A stretch of 63,044 nucleotides of DNA, filler included, from Sphacelaria rigidula (Eukaryota): the NCBI GenBank assembly GCA_964200075.2. It is 8 parts of 8 records of this genome, joined end to end, with 100 filler letters (N's around TTAATTAATTAA, not from the genome) between each part and the next. Parts side by side here need not be neighbours in the genome. Positions count along the whole stretch, not along the records: positions 39,469 to 47,260 come from CAXNAA020013444.1; positions 47,361 to 55,152 come from CAXNAA020013445.1; 6 more parts are not named here. The stretch is one strand, 5' to 3'. A program made the translations under genes and the position numbers. A model generated the notes under the pieces. The model searched no databases. It was not told where the DNA came from and saw only the letters and a list, made by a program, of their open reading frames with translations. Positions 40,160 to 52,457 of this stretch are shown here, piece after piece; within the stretch, counting starts at the first letter, position 1, and the number at the start of each line of letters is the position of its first letter.

Positions 40160-40694
40160 TGTTGTGGGACTAACACTCGGAGCTGAGGGGAGCTGCAGTG
40201 GTGGTAGCCGAGGATATCTCGTTGTAGATGGGTGTAGTTGCAGGAGGAAAATAGCCAAAACTTGAGTCGTCTGAGTTTTTTTTATATATTTTAGTAGCAC
40301 CTAGTATTCTTGCAGGCAACCAAAGCCCAGTTGTTGAGGGGATGGTGAGACCTGAAAGGGGGTGGTGCATGCCCAAAACTCTGCACAACCCACTCCGAAA
40401 CACCACGAGAAGATGCACCGCACCTAGTCGTCACATTCTATCCGCTATGTCGACAGCTCCTGGCTACTCTATTCGCCACCCAACCGTCCTTGAGCATCCA
40501 ATCAAGACACCTCTGGCCAAAGGTTACCTCCAAGACTCTTGCCACTCTCGCATCCACATCAACACGGTCTGTGTAATACTCCTGCATCACCCTGTCTGTG
40601 TCAACATCAATCCTGTCTGTGTCAACCCTGTACAACCTGCCAAAGCCTTCCCAGTGCGGTACTGCAGTCATACTCCAGTATAGCTCTGATAACA
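40160..40694 (-). mobile_element. LTR (TGTT...AACA) preceded by a polypurine tract
   Basis: On minus: AAAAGGGG|TGTTATCAGAGCTATACTGGAG...CCCACAACA. Confidence 0.65.
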
Positions 40695-40935
40695 CCCCTT
40701 TTACTCACATCACTGTTATTTACCGGATATGTTCTCATCTAATGATCCACTGAAATCTGAGCTCACCACATCAGCCCATCTTGTGAATACAAAGTTTGGT
40801 CATAGACGGACCTTGATTTGTGCAAAAAACATAGACCGGAACGAGCTCAGTTGTTAACCCCCGACCCGCTTGTTTGTATTTCAACCCTGTATCTCACCAA
40901 GACACACGACCCCAAACACCGACTGACTCCGGATA

Positions 40936-41388
40936 TGTCCGCCTCCAAGGAGTGGAAAATTGACGGAGATGACGACTCCGGCTCGATATCCAACCATGAC
41001 GAAAAATATTACCAGCAGAAATACTCGACGAGAGTTCGGTATCACTGTCTAGATCCTACATGAGCCAACACAAAACCAAGACAAGGACAGATGAAGACAT
41101 TCCGAAAACAGGAGAAATATGTCATGTTGCTACAAGTTTCCAGAACCATCGCCTCCGGACACAAGCGCTCGCAAGGAGTGGGAAAATCGGTAAAGCAGCG
41201 GTAGCTCCGGCTCCAAATTTCAATCCATCGAAAGAAAAACTTTACGCGAAAACCACAAATGGACATGATGCGTCAAAATTGCTCCGAGCTCCAGCCATTA
41301 TAATCACTCATTCGCGTCGTCCTCCTGCTCGTGTTTTGTATGCAGCTTCGCGGCGCTCCAAACCCCTCTTGTCGCCGCGCTCCGGATA
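40936..41388 (-). mobile_element. Candidate 3' LTR of the contig-6 Gypsy element
   Basis: PPT GAGGGGGGGGG ~170 bp after the pol stop, then TATCCGG...CGGACA (TG apparently mutated to TA); a 9-bp direct repeat CTCCGGATA makes the boundary ambiguous. Confidence 0.5.
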
Positions 41389-41562
41389 GCCCCCCCCCTC
41401 AATGATTGCCCGTATACCAACATCAAACTCGCACGTCCGTCACGTCTAGCTCCACCTCGATTTAATTCAGCCCTGTCACCCACATGCACGGAATATTTGA
41501 CGGATCCGCCGCATGGAAATGTGCCCACCCCAGTTCCAGCACCAAACAAAATCCCTGCCCGT

Positions 41563-42756
41563 TCACCAGCCATGCGCGAAATATTCAGCGGTTGTCCGCA
41601 GCATGTGAATGTGCCAACACCAGTCCCCCGGTTGACCACGGCTCTCATCGAGGGCGGCCCACTTCAGATGTACGGCGTACTTCCGTCCCAAATCCATCAT
41701 GCGGAGAGTGTGCGGACGCTCCCGCTGACCTGGGTTCTCCTCCAGTCCCACCAATTCGGACAACTGCCAACCTGCGGAAGCCGTTTTAAAATACACGTAA
41801 GCGCCCACAGTGTCAGGGTTGTACACATCGGGCCCATCCTTCCGCCGTTCCGACACCTTATAACCCGGCGCCACGTAATATCCGCCCCGTTCGTGCGCTG
41901 ATATGCGCCGCGACAAGTGGATGCGGTATTTCCGGTATTGCGCATTGTCACCTTAAACCTGTGTGAGTGCGCCCAACCAATACTTCAAAATTACCTGCCG
42001 GCCGTGCTGCTCAAGGTCAGTTTCATGCTCCCACTTAGGAACATCCAAGCCGCCGCAATACGTGAGGTATTGTCCCGCCGGCTTACCACCCAAACCCCGA
42101 GACAACCTGTGTTTCACCAATTTATCCGGCAAAATTCTGTGAGTATCCAACTCCATCGTGACGTCCTCCGCCGTGAGATGCAGAGGAGGCGACCGTTCAG
42201 AATATTTTTTCATCACATATTGCCTAAGCCTCCAAGGCAGAAATCTCGGTTTGTCCGGCCCCTCATGGGGGTTGAAATACCTCTTACCCCTCGCTACTGA
42301 CACCCTGGAATTCGTGGTGATCCCTGGGTCGTTTCGCCGAATCTCCAGCAACAGTAGATTACTGCCCGCCTGGTCACCCTCCGAGGTTACCCCCGGTCCA
42401 ACCATTATAAGTTTGTATGGCCCCGTCCAACACTGAGCCAGCGTCGCTGACAAAGCCAAAGACGTCCGGGCGGTACCCGACGTCACCTGCACCGCCTTAC
42501 CCCCCGAGGCGATCTTACTTTTGTCGTCATAAACAAATACCCACTGACCCACTTCCCATTCGGGCCGGCGGTTTGCCATTTCCTCAATACCCTGGTTCTT
42601 GGCTCCATGTTTCGCTTTAAAGAAAAAGTCTTCGTGCCTCACCAACTCGTACGCCTTTACCTGCCGATCTCTCATCAGCTGAAGATAGCCCAGCTGATCA
42701 GCCTTCAAACCCTGGTGCCTCCGCACCCCCCTACCTTCCAGAATGGTCATGGACAT
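41563..42756 (-). pseudogene. Gypsy integrase C-terminus: GPY/F motif, chromodomain-like segment and additional unknown domain
   Basis: WTGPYK; KLVKHRL..QYLTY.GG..PKWEHETDL..KYW; a single TAA (41953-41955), then ~130 more in-frame codons. Confidence 0.75.
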
Positions 42757-42768
42757 GCGCGGGTAGTG

Positions 42769-43573
42769 TCAAAAATGTACCTCATTTGGAGACAACCCGG
42801 TACCCCTACTGATGTTACTGTTGTGTGCTGAGATTGCATGCATTAGAGACTCATCCCAGTTGCTCTGATCGTCCACCACCAAATACGACAACATTTGACA
42901 CAAGGTGTGATTCAACCGCTCCACCATCCCATTCGTCTGGGGGCTATAAGAGCTTGTGAACCGCTTTACCGCACCCATCATTTCGTACACCGACCTACAC
43001 ACCGCGGAAGTCAACTCCGCCCCCCGATCCGACAAGAAAGTGTGCGAGGAACCCCATCGTGGCACATAATCCCCCACTATGATCGCAGCACACCCGGTAG
43101 CCGAGTGCTTTTCAGAGGTGATCGCGTAACCCTCCGCGTGCCTACTAAACAGATCCACCATGAGGAAGATGTGTCTGTCACCCCTCTTTGTTTTCGGTAA
43201 TGGGCCCAGGAAATCAATAGCTACCATTTGCCCTGGCCGACTCGGTAGTGATAGCGAGGCTGAAGGCCACCGCACCGTGTACCGTTCCGATTTCTTGGCC
43301 TGGCATGAATAACAGCGTCGGATCCAGAATTTCACACTCTCTTTCATTCCTATCCACCAATAGTACCGTTGCAGCAGAGAGAGTCATGTTTACCCCCAGA
43401 TGCACTGCTTCCTTGTGCGTTTGGTCCATTACCCAGGGCCTCAACAACAAGGGAACATAGGTTCTCACCGGTTCGTGTCCGAGGTAGCGCTCAAAAATAC
43501 CCGGGTTCCGATCCTCCGACCCCACCGGCGCGACCGTCAGCTTTTTCACCAACAGTTTCCCCCCGTCCGCCAA
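42769..43573 (-). pseudogene. Gypsy integrase (HHCC + DDE core), frameshifted
   Basis: THKEAVHLG..CYSC; DFLGP, SDRG, PQTNGMVERLN. Confidence 0.95.
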
Positions 43574-44912
43574 CTAAAGCAAACCCCCCTGTTTTAACGA
43601 CGCTCGGAGTTCTTTTTCGTCCATTCCGGAGCTCGTTTTCGTCCATTCCGCTTCCCAACGTTTCCCCCTCACCCTTCGAGAGTGTGGTCTCTCCCTGCGA
43701 GAGATAGACGGCAGTCGTACGAACGGTCAGATCAGTAAGTTGGATTTGCGCCCAGTCACTTGCGGACTTGGCACACAACCACTCCCCAAAATTACACGCT
43801 TCCGTCGCCTCCAGAGTGAGCGCCGGCGTACCTGAACCGTCCTCTTCCGTTGACCCCACCTCCTCACCTGAGATCACAAAAACTTCCGAGCCCGCCGTCT
43901 CGTGTAACAAATATTTCTCCACTTCAGTAACGGGGCAAGCATGCAAGCACAAGCCCGGTTCCCACTGCCCACACACCACATCGGTAACACTCGGGGAGAG
44001 AAGCCGTAAGTCATCCTTTACCACTTCCGGTCCCTTCCAGCCCAGTGTAGAACTTGATGACTTTAGTCTCTCCTGAATCCGATCCCAGGTGGCATCCGCT
44101 ATCTCTGACGACGTCAGTGGAGCAGCCGGATGTCCACTCTCCCCCCTCTGAAAATTACCCCGGGGAGCGAGCCCATCCAAGCTTGAAGCACGGGGATGCG
44201 GCCCCACAGAGGGAAGCCCATCCAAGCTGGCAACAAGGGAGGATCCAAAATCCCGCGGCGCCACCCCGCTAGCCCCGATGAAGTAAACATCTAAATCAGC
44301 GGGGTCAGAGATGCGAAAAGGACCACTAACATCTTTTTCGCTGTGAGCAAGAGGAAGGCGCGACGGCATGTCAGCGTTGGAGTTAGCCACCTCCGGCTTG
44401 TAGAAAATCTCATAGATGTAAGCACCGAGAAAATCTTGCCAACGCTGGACCCTGGGCACTTTCTCCGCCAGACCGAACAAACTGCGCAGCGGTTGATGGT
44501 CGCTGAAAAATTGGAAAGGAATCCCAAAAACTAACGCCCGGCTTTTCTTGACAGCCCAAACAATCGCCCCCGCTTCCAACTCGGTGGCCGTCCAGTTGCG
44601 CTCGTTAGGCGAAGTACTGCGGCTCAAAAAACATAGCGGCCACACGTCACCTTCCGAATCACGTTGCTCCACCATCGCCCCCAGACCATCTTTGCTCGCG
44701 TCCGTGACCAACATGACAGGATGACCACCCGACACCGCTCCATCGTAATCCGGAAAAGATGAAAGTTTGGGACCGGACAACTCCCCCAAAATCTCGCGCA
44801 CCGTTTCCTCATGTTCCGGCGTGAGATGAAACTCAACCCCCTTCTTCAACAGCCCGTTAATGGATTGAATGCGAGCCGCCATTTTAGGGATGAACTTGCG
44901 GTGGTAACTCAA
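43491..44912 (-). pseudogene. Gypsy RT connection, RNase H and long linker
   Basis: VTDASKDGLGA, TELEAGAIVWAV, SDHQPL, NAD motifs. Confidence 0.93.
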
Positions 44913-44933
44913 CCCCCCATAAGCGACCGCAAC

Positions 44934-45734
44934 TCAGTCACGGAAGTAGGCATCGGCATGAGGCGCAGCGCATCTACCTTCGTAGAAAATTCCGTCCGCC
45001 GAGATGCGATGACCAAGGGAAGTAACCTCCTCCGCCCCCACGAGACCCTTCTTTGGCGCCAATTCAAGGTTGAATTTCGTGAGGCGTGCCAAAAAGTCCG
45101 ACAAATCATTCACATGTCCAGCCCCATTTGCACTGAACGTGCAAATATCATCGATGTTCAAACGGCACCGCATCAGACCCTCACATACCCGAGCCATGAT
45201 GGATTGAAACCACCCCGGGCTCCCACTGCATCCCATTGGCATCACCAACCATTCGTACAATCCCGATTGAGTACACACCGCGGTCAGTGGAATGGTATCA
45301 GGGTGCAGGGAGATGTTAAAATAGCCCGACAGAATATCCAGGCAAGTGAAAACCTTGGCATCCCCGAGCTCATCCAGCAGCTCGTCGATAGTCGGGACGA
45401 ACAAGACCGGGATTACAGTGGCATCATTAAGCTTCCGATAATTGCAAGTCAACCGAATGCTTCCATCCTTTTTGTTCACGACCACCAACGGAGAGCTCCA
45501 ATTGGAGTAAGAACGTCGCATGAGCCCCGCCGCAAACAAGCGGTCAATTTCAACCTGCACCTTCTGTTGCGTGGCCTGGTTGTGACGGTACGGCCGTTGT
45601 TTGATGGGGTTAGCCCCCGGCTTCAGTTCGATTTTGAACGGATCCACCGTACAGTACCCCAAGTCCGTTTTATTCACCGAGAATCTGTAAGAGAATTTGC
45701 ACAGCACATCCGCCATCTTATCAATATCCTCCAC
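44934..45734 (-). pseudogene. Gypsy reverse transcriptase
   Basis: PIKQRPYR, WSSPLVVV, LDILSGY, MPMG; the catalytic motif has decayed to NIDD. Confidence 0.95.
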
Positions 45735-46090
45735 CTGCCAGTACTTGTCCTGTAACCTAAAGTGATGCTATGTAAGTGAGGAGGGATACGACCCCACAAT
45801 CGACGGAACGCGGCACGTTTCTCCGCACATAGATCACCGAACATGGCCTCCGGTTGCTTCGGCAGTACTGGCTCAACCGCAAAAATGACGGTCGAAGCCG
45901 GGTCCGGCAACCTGGAAATTTTCGCATCATTTAGCGAGCAAGGTACCAACGGTTGCCCTTCTGACCCCAACTTATCCCCGGTAAGACCAACGCACACTCC
46001 ACATCTGTAAATCGCAAAGGGATAACTGAGTCCCCCGCCTCCACGACCATTTCTGACGGGGACCACCCCGCCTCGAAATACACATAATAA

Positions 46091-47182
46091 TTACCTTCCG
46101 GGGTAGCCCCCCCCCGTCGAACGCAGTGTGACGGGTACCCACGTCAACGCCTGCGTTACTGCCAACTCAGATTCCCCTGAAAAAAAAACGACAGCCTCCT
46201 CATCAGACATCGTCGACTGTCCAATCATGCCCACGGCGTCTTGGACCCAGCGATCAAACGGGGTGGGTCCAATAGCCATAGCGGGCCTTGCGAGCGACAT
46301 GATAGTTTTATCATCACTAACATTACGATACGAGCGCACCGGGAACTGAGCCGACCCATCGCGACCCAGCAGCAAATCAAACGACATAGTACCCTCCGGG
46401 ACAATATGTGCGTGAATCGCGAAACAAGAAGTCGTGCCTGTTGTCCGACCTTTGCGTGAGCCGTCCACAAAACGGATATTCAAACGCACCTGTGAGCATG
46501 TTCTCAGAGGCACCCCATTGAACCCGCCCCACGACACAGGATTAACCTCCCGCATCGCCTCACCCGACCCAGCCCCGTACGCAATCATGGCCAACCATAC
46601 CTTCTCTAGAACAAATGTCGCCAGACTCCCACTATCGAGCAAAGCCGAGCAATCCCACATGCGGGTGGCCTTAGGCCCGCCAAACACCCTCACCCCAGCC
46701 GTGTTCCGAGCGCGGTCGATGGATACATATCCGCCGGAGACCTCCGCTATTTCCGGTAAGAACGTCCCTTGCCGCCCGCGCGGTACCTGACAGGGGATGG
46801 GATCGGGGGTACGGGGTGGTGGATCTACACTATTCAAACGATTTCCCGACGGGTCTAGAACATAGATATGCTCTTCCACGCAAATCGGACTACCTTTGCC
46901 TGACATACCAGCCACAGATCGTGCAGGGTGAGCCGCCTCGGCTGTACCTGTGCAACGGGAGGGACTAATCGGTTTCACGTGGTTAGGTACATCAACCACA
47001 CTATCAGGCACCGAGCCCGCAGTGGTCCCCGAAGTCACCTCCTCCGAAAGTGTGTTAAGATTGGTTGGCCTTTCCACCGAGATCCTCCGCAAGGATGGTC
47101 GGTCAAGGCCTAGGCCGCCCCCGGCTGGCACGGGGCCAGGGAGAGCAGGCCTCCACTTGGTAGCACATGAAACCGCCCCCAG
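46091..47182 (-). pseudogene. Gypsy aspartic protease region
   Basis: ALLDSGSLATFV and FDLLLGRD motifs. Confidence 0.88.
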
Positions 47183-47260
47183 GGGACGTGCTAGAGGGGG
47201 AAATGCGAGACGTGAACAAATGTGGCATGGAATCGTTTGATGCACTAGACAGTAGGGTGA
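47183..47260 (+). mobile_element. LINE 3'-region fragment adjoining the Gypsy element
   Basis: Closely similar to 53887-53965. Confidence 0.7.
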
Positions 47261-48587
47261 NNNNNNNNNNNNNNNNNNNNNNNNNNNNNNNNNNNNNNNN
47301 NNNNTTAATTAATTAANNNNNNNNNNNNNNNNNNNNNNNNNNNNNNNNNNNNNNNNNNNNGTGCGGAGTTGAAGTTCTCCCACGCCGCACAACATGATCT
47401 AGCTCGACTACCATCATGGTTACCGCAAAAAAAACGCAGGCGGGCAAAAAAAACGATAAGCTGGCTCCCTAGCTTACGCAGTGACTGGCGTGTTTGATAG
47501 CGTCATCGCCAACCGACGCCAACCCCATCGGGGGCCCGCCCCTACAAAGTCGGGACAAAACACGCCGGGTTCTCGCCGGACCAGGCTGTAGGGGAGGGAG
47601 ATTGGATCACCCCCTGCTGAATCACATACAACCTCGACTCCGTAACACAGCCGGTATCTCTGCTTACTTTTCAGGTTATCCGGTCATTGGGACGTCTCTG
47701 ACTCGCGGTTAACTCTTGTTCATCTGTAAAACAGTGGAATTTTCTCACATCGAGCCCTGAACACACAGTGTCTCATCATTTCGAATCGATTCCCGTGTAG
47801 AGGTCTTCCCAACTACGTGTAGAGGTCGGCTCACTTGAATAGATTTAGAGACAAGAATACCTTTGCGCATCCTCCGCAGTTCGAGCTTTCGAGATGGGCA
47901 GGGAGGGGGAAAAGCGAAACACAGACACGCACCATTATAGCGCAGAAAGACACAAAGCACTGCAATTATCCTGTTTGCCTGTCCGCTTACTACGATCCCT
48001 AAATCATCAGCCAACAACTGTCGTAATTCTGTTCGTTCAACGAAAAAAATATTGAGAAAAAAAATGGCACAATGCAGAAGAAGTGAAATATTGCAAGCAC
48101 GTTCTTTAGCGAGCGTTTCCGTCTTGATTACCCCGGGTACATCTGCTTTTTTTGTTCCGGGTCTATTTTTTGTTCGTTTTTTTGTTTTTTTTGTTGAGTT
48201 TCCTTATACCTTATTATTATAGGTAGCTAGCCTGCTATGTCGTTATGTTCGACTTTTTTTGTCCTGTTCGTTTTTTTCTTCAGAGCGTGTTTCAGTTTCG
48301 TCGTTTCTTGGGTACGTATATCATGAGGCCGCGGCTGGACCCTGGGGGGTCAGTTCAAATGCGACAATCAATCAATCAATCGAAAAAGCTTATGACCACA
48401 GAGGGCGTCCGCATCAGATGCTCAGTACGAATGTACCGCGCGGATATGGGAACGGTTTTTTATGTGAAGACAACAACAACCCTGTTTTCATGTTCGTAGG
48501 CGCACTATTAATGCTACTTTATTGATATTATTAGTCTTATCATATTAGAATTATTAGTATCATAACTACTATTGTAACAACGACAAT

Positions 48588-48618
<31 letters not shown>

Positions 48619-49221
48619 CGTCTGCCTTGTGGAGAATGACCACGACTGGGTCCCTCGATGACCACTTGCCGTGCAACAAATCGATCAGAGTCAATCGGCC
48701 AATAGATCACAACTCACAGCACAGACACAAAGTATCGCGATTTTCAGACACACTACGTTTAACGTTCGGACGAATCATCGTCGCTTCAAATCACCAAACC
48801 CACGATTTTTTCAGGCCTGATCGCTCAGAAGAGAGACAAAAGTCGACCGACGGTCAAAACACAATTTTTGCGCCATACCACGTGCCTGGGCTACACGTAC
48901 CTGGATTGCAACGCTAAAAACAAAGTCCAAGGACTGATTCGTACGGTACGAATCAATCACACTAAAATCAAGTGATTTCCAGACGAATAATTGATTCGTG
49001 CGACCCGTGCTCTGCTTTCCTTCTGACACGACGATAGATAGATCCCGACTGTACAGCATGTGGAATGTCGCGAAGACACGAAGCTCTATGAACTATGAGT
49101 CCCCTTGCCTGTCCGCAGCAGCTGTTCCTATCCACATTGGCGGCTCCCGCACCGCCGCAGCCTTATTCTTCTCCGCCAGCAGTAGCTGGTAGAACGTCAC
49201 CGCGTCATACCGGAACACGTA

Positions 49222-49510
49222 GTCTAGAAGACTCCTCAGGGTTTTAATATCTTGGAGCAGCTGCGGAAGGGGACATTTTTTAGCGTTTTCTTTAACAAAG
49301 CACGTGGAGTATTGTGAGGTATTTTACAAAATCTCATATTTTTCTTCAAAAAAAGCCTGGTACTTCAGATAATCTGGAACTTCAGATAAGCTGGTGTGTT
49401 TTTAGATACTCTGGAGTGCTAGCTAATCTGATACTTCAGATGAGCTGGTTTCTCAGAAAATCTGAATTTCCAGATAATCTGGTGTTTCAGGTCATCCGGA
49501 GTTCTAGACC
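49222..49510. repeat. Probable DNA-transposon remnant with CTGG..CTTCAGATAA subterminal repeats
   Basis: About six degenerate 16-17-bp units; GTCTAGAA...TTCTAGAC ends. Confidence 0.45.
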
Positions 49511-50153
49511 ATATGGTGCTCTACATATTTTTCGTACTCTACATGATCTGTGGATGTGTGACGGGAAACTTAAACGCTGAGTGGATCTTGTTTTCTTTCC
49601 CTTGTGTTCAAATTTTTACCCACACTTGCAATTCTTTGGTTCTCGTATCACAATTCTCTTATTTCTCTTTTTCCTGGGCGTAAAATTTCCCACTAGCGAA
49701 CGACTGTTTCCAAATCTATTTCTCTTCGGGTACGTCCATCTCGTGATCACGCCTGGATTATGACATCATGACTCGCGGGGGAGCAATGAATGTGCGACAA
49801 CCGATCACATCAGTATCAATTGATTCACTCTATTATAATCGACCATGAAATGTAGCTGGGTAGCCAGCGGGTTATCTCACGCGTTACGTGCTCATGTACG
49901 CAGTTGGTGTGAGTCGTTCGATTTGATTGATTTGATCCGATCCGATCCGATCCGATCCGATTTGACTTGATTGAATGATTGTCGCACTTCCATTAATCCT
50001 CGAGGGATCCAGCCTCACCGTGGTCAAATGATGGACGTATAACTCAAATTAAAAAAAAAACAAAAAACGGGAAACGCTCGCTGAAGGAAAGTGAAGAAAA
50101 TAGAGTGGAGGTGGAGCAGACACACAAGGAGTACACAAACAAACAAAACAAAA

Positions 50154-50296
50154 CACCCTGCACAGTAGATAACATTGTCAAAAAATGTACTGCGTACAAC
50201 ATAGGATATACTTCCAGTATTGTCTATTACAATAGACGCAATAGTCGATACTGTACGCAGTGCACTTTTTGGCAATGTCACCTGTTGTCCAGGGTG
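50154..50296. mobile_element. Short MITE with CACCCTG...CAGGGTG ends; inverted copy at 54512-54650
   Basis: Shared termini and internal ACTGCGTA...TACGCAGT inverted repeats. Confidence 0.7.
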
Positions 50297-50638
50297 TGCA
50301 AAACAAACAGAAAATCTAAACAAACAGAACAAATCACTGGTTTATTTTGAGCATGTAGAGTACGAGCCGACGCCAGAAACACAAGACCATTGGGTACGTA
50401 CTTCACCCATCCCGTGCCCCGCCCAGGTTCCGAGGCTATCCGGCTTGCAGCAGATGAGCTGCAAATTTTATCCTTTCAACGGTTCTTGTTTCCTAGGGCT
50501 GGATATGAGTGTGGATCTATCTGCGCAAGACCTTGTACGCTCAAGCTGTTTTGGCAGAGACCGGCCATTTCTTTCTGCGCTTTCTTTGGCTTTTATTTTA
50601 TTTTATTTTCCCGTTATTTCTTTTTTTTTTACGTCTTA

Positions 50639-51121
50639 GGCCGCTCCTTATAACAGACAAAAGTCAAAATCTGAAAAAGTGCCTTTTTTTAGCTTTCACG
50701 TCGTTTCACGACCCAAAACAGAGCTAGGCGGAGTTTGACACCTTGAAATGATTTGCTCTACTAGTTGAGGCGGTTCCAGGACATGTTCTTGTTTTCCGGT
50801 GGCGGCAGTTTTCATTTTGGCCAAACAAGAAGAATCTTTGTCCAAGAACGGTGAAAAACAGTCAAGTCCAGAGAAAAGTGGCGATTGAGTTTTTCTAGAT
50901 TGGACTGCTTTTTACCGTTCTTCGACGGAAATTCTTGTTCGGCCAAAATGAAAACTGCGGCCACCGGAAAACGGGAAGATGTCCTGGAACCGCCTCTAGT
51001 AGACCAAGTCATTCCACGGTGTCGAACTCCGCCTAGCTCTCTTTTGGGACGTAAAACGACGTAGAACCTAAAAAAAAGCACTTTTTCAGATTTTTATTTT
51101 TGTCCGTTATAAGGAGCAGCC
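50639..51121. mobile_element. PIF/Harbinger-like foldback MITE (483 bp, almost entirely palindromic)
   Basis: TTA|GGCCGCTCCTTATAAC...GTTATAAGGAGCAGCC|TTA; 3-bp TTA TSD. Confidence 0.9.
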
Positions 51122-51846
51122 TTAAGTAGTCTACTATTTATGCCGTTCTGTTCTATTTTGTTTCTACAGCAAGTGTTTCTGTTTTGTTGTGTCTTGGGCA
51201 CGTCTATCATGCGACCACGGCTGGATCCCTGGGGGGGGTCAGTTAAACTGCGACAATCAATCGATATCAATCAAACTCTGGAAAATGACAGTATATGTGC
51301 TGGTACCCACGGCACATGTGCTCAGACTTGCTGCGTCACGTTTTACAAGCCTCTCTCTGGGGGTACGCAACAAAACATCATCAACAACATTCATTTCGCC
51401 ATGTGACTAAGCCCGTGTCATATGTTAAGGCAGGCCTGAGAAGCGGATGCGGGTGGGTATGAATGTATACATTTCGAGATCTCGGCTAGATTTGTAGCGG
51501 CATCAGTTTCATGCAAAAGAAGACAACCGATCGTTCAATTGACCGATCAACTGGCAAACCAATCAGCTAGAAGCAGAGGTATGAACCGATTGTCACCGGC
51601 TATATATCCTACATAAATATGTGACGGAGTACGTCCCAGCCCACAGCAAGAAAAAAAAAAAAATGAACGGACGACACGTGAAATTGATTAATTCGCAAGT
51701 AGTGCGTGTCGATGTGTTGCCTTCATTTAATTTTTCTTCGAGGAAAACGATAGGTGTCGATTATAAGCCTCCACTTTAATAATCATAATAATAAAAACAA
51801 TAATACCCGCCTCACCCCGGTGGTCGAAATCAAAACACACTCTGGA

Positions 51847-52457
51847 TAATGACAAAATATGGTCAATAGATGCGAAAGACGGAAAATGTACTGAGTAAAG
51901 TATAGGCCCATTGCAACTATTGTTGTTGTCGACAATATTTGCAATAGACCTATACTTGACACTTTCTACGATAGCCCCCCCTCCCCTCCGCCCCGAAACC
52001 AGCCCAAAAGTGTCACGAAAACAAATGTCACACAGCGCCTGATGTTTAGATTCAGGCTGCATGAAACGCCTCATATGGGCAACATCGGCGAGAACGAACC
52101 CAAGCGTGGGAAGTCCCAGCTGCTCGTTGTGCTCGGTCTTGTCCATTTCAATTTACTTGGAGATTTTGCCTTCCCAAACCAGGCCCTTTGGGGGGGGGGG
52201 AAGGGGGGGAGGGGCTACCGGAGAGAGTATCACTTCACCTATTACATTTTCGGTCTATTGCATATTTTGACCATGTACGGTCACTAGCATATTATAGGTG
52301 CAATAGACCTATACTTCACCCAGTACATTTTCTAGACCTATACTTCACCCAGTACATTTTCCGTCTATTCATATATGGTCAATAGATGCAGTAGACCTAA
52401 TACTTTACCCAGTAAATTTTCCGTATACTGCATCTGATGACCATGTGGTGTCATTAG
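51847..52457 (+). mobile_element. Family B core flanked by inverted-repeat arms
   Basis: GGAAAATGTACTGAGTAAAGTATAGG versus CCTATACTTCACCCAGTACATTTTC (repeated) around the core at 51958-52220. Confidence 0.65.

Larger units (their letters stand above)
40936..47182 (-). mobile_element. Ty3/Gypsy chromodomain-bearing LTR retrotransposon, decayed and 5'-truncated
   Basis: Domain order PR-RT-RH-INT-chromo; frameshifts and stops between ORF pieces. Confidence 0.95.

Noticed and set aside
44811..45755. 314-aa plus-strand ORF
   Set aside because: It is the antisense shadow of the Gypsy RT.
47183..47245. N-terminus of ORF 46091-47245 as a gag/pol start
   Set aside because: This segment is the antisense of a LINE fragment also present at ~53890, so the start codon is fortuitous.
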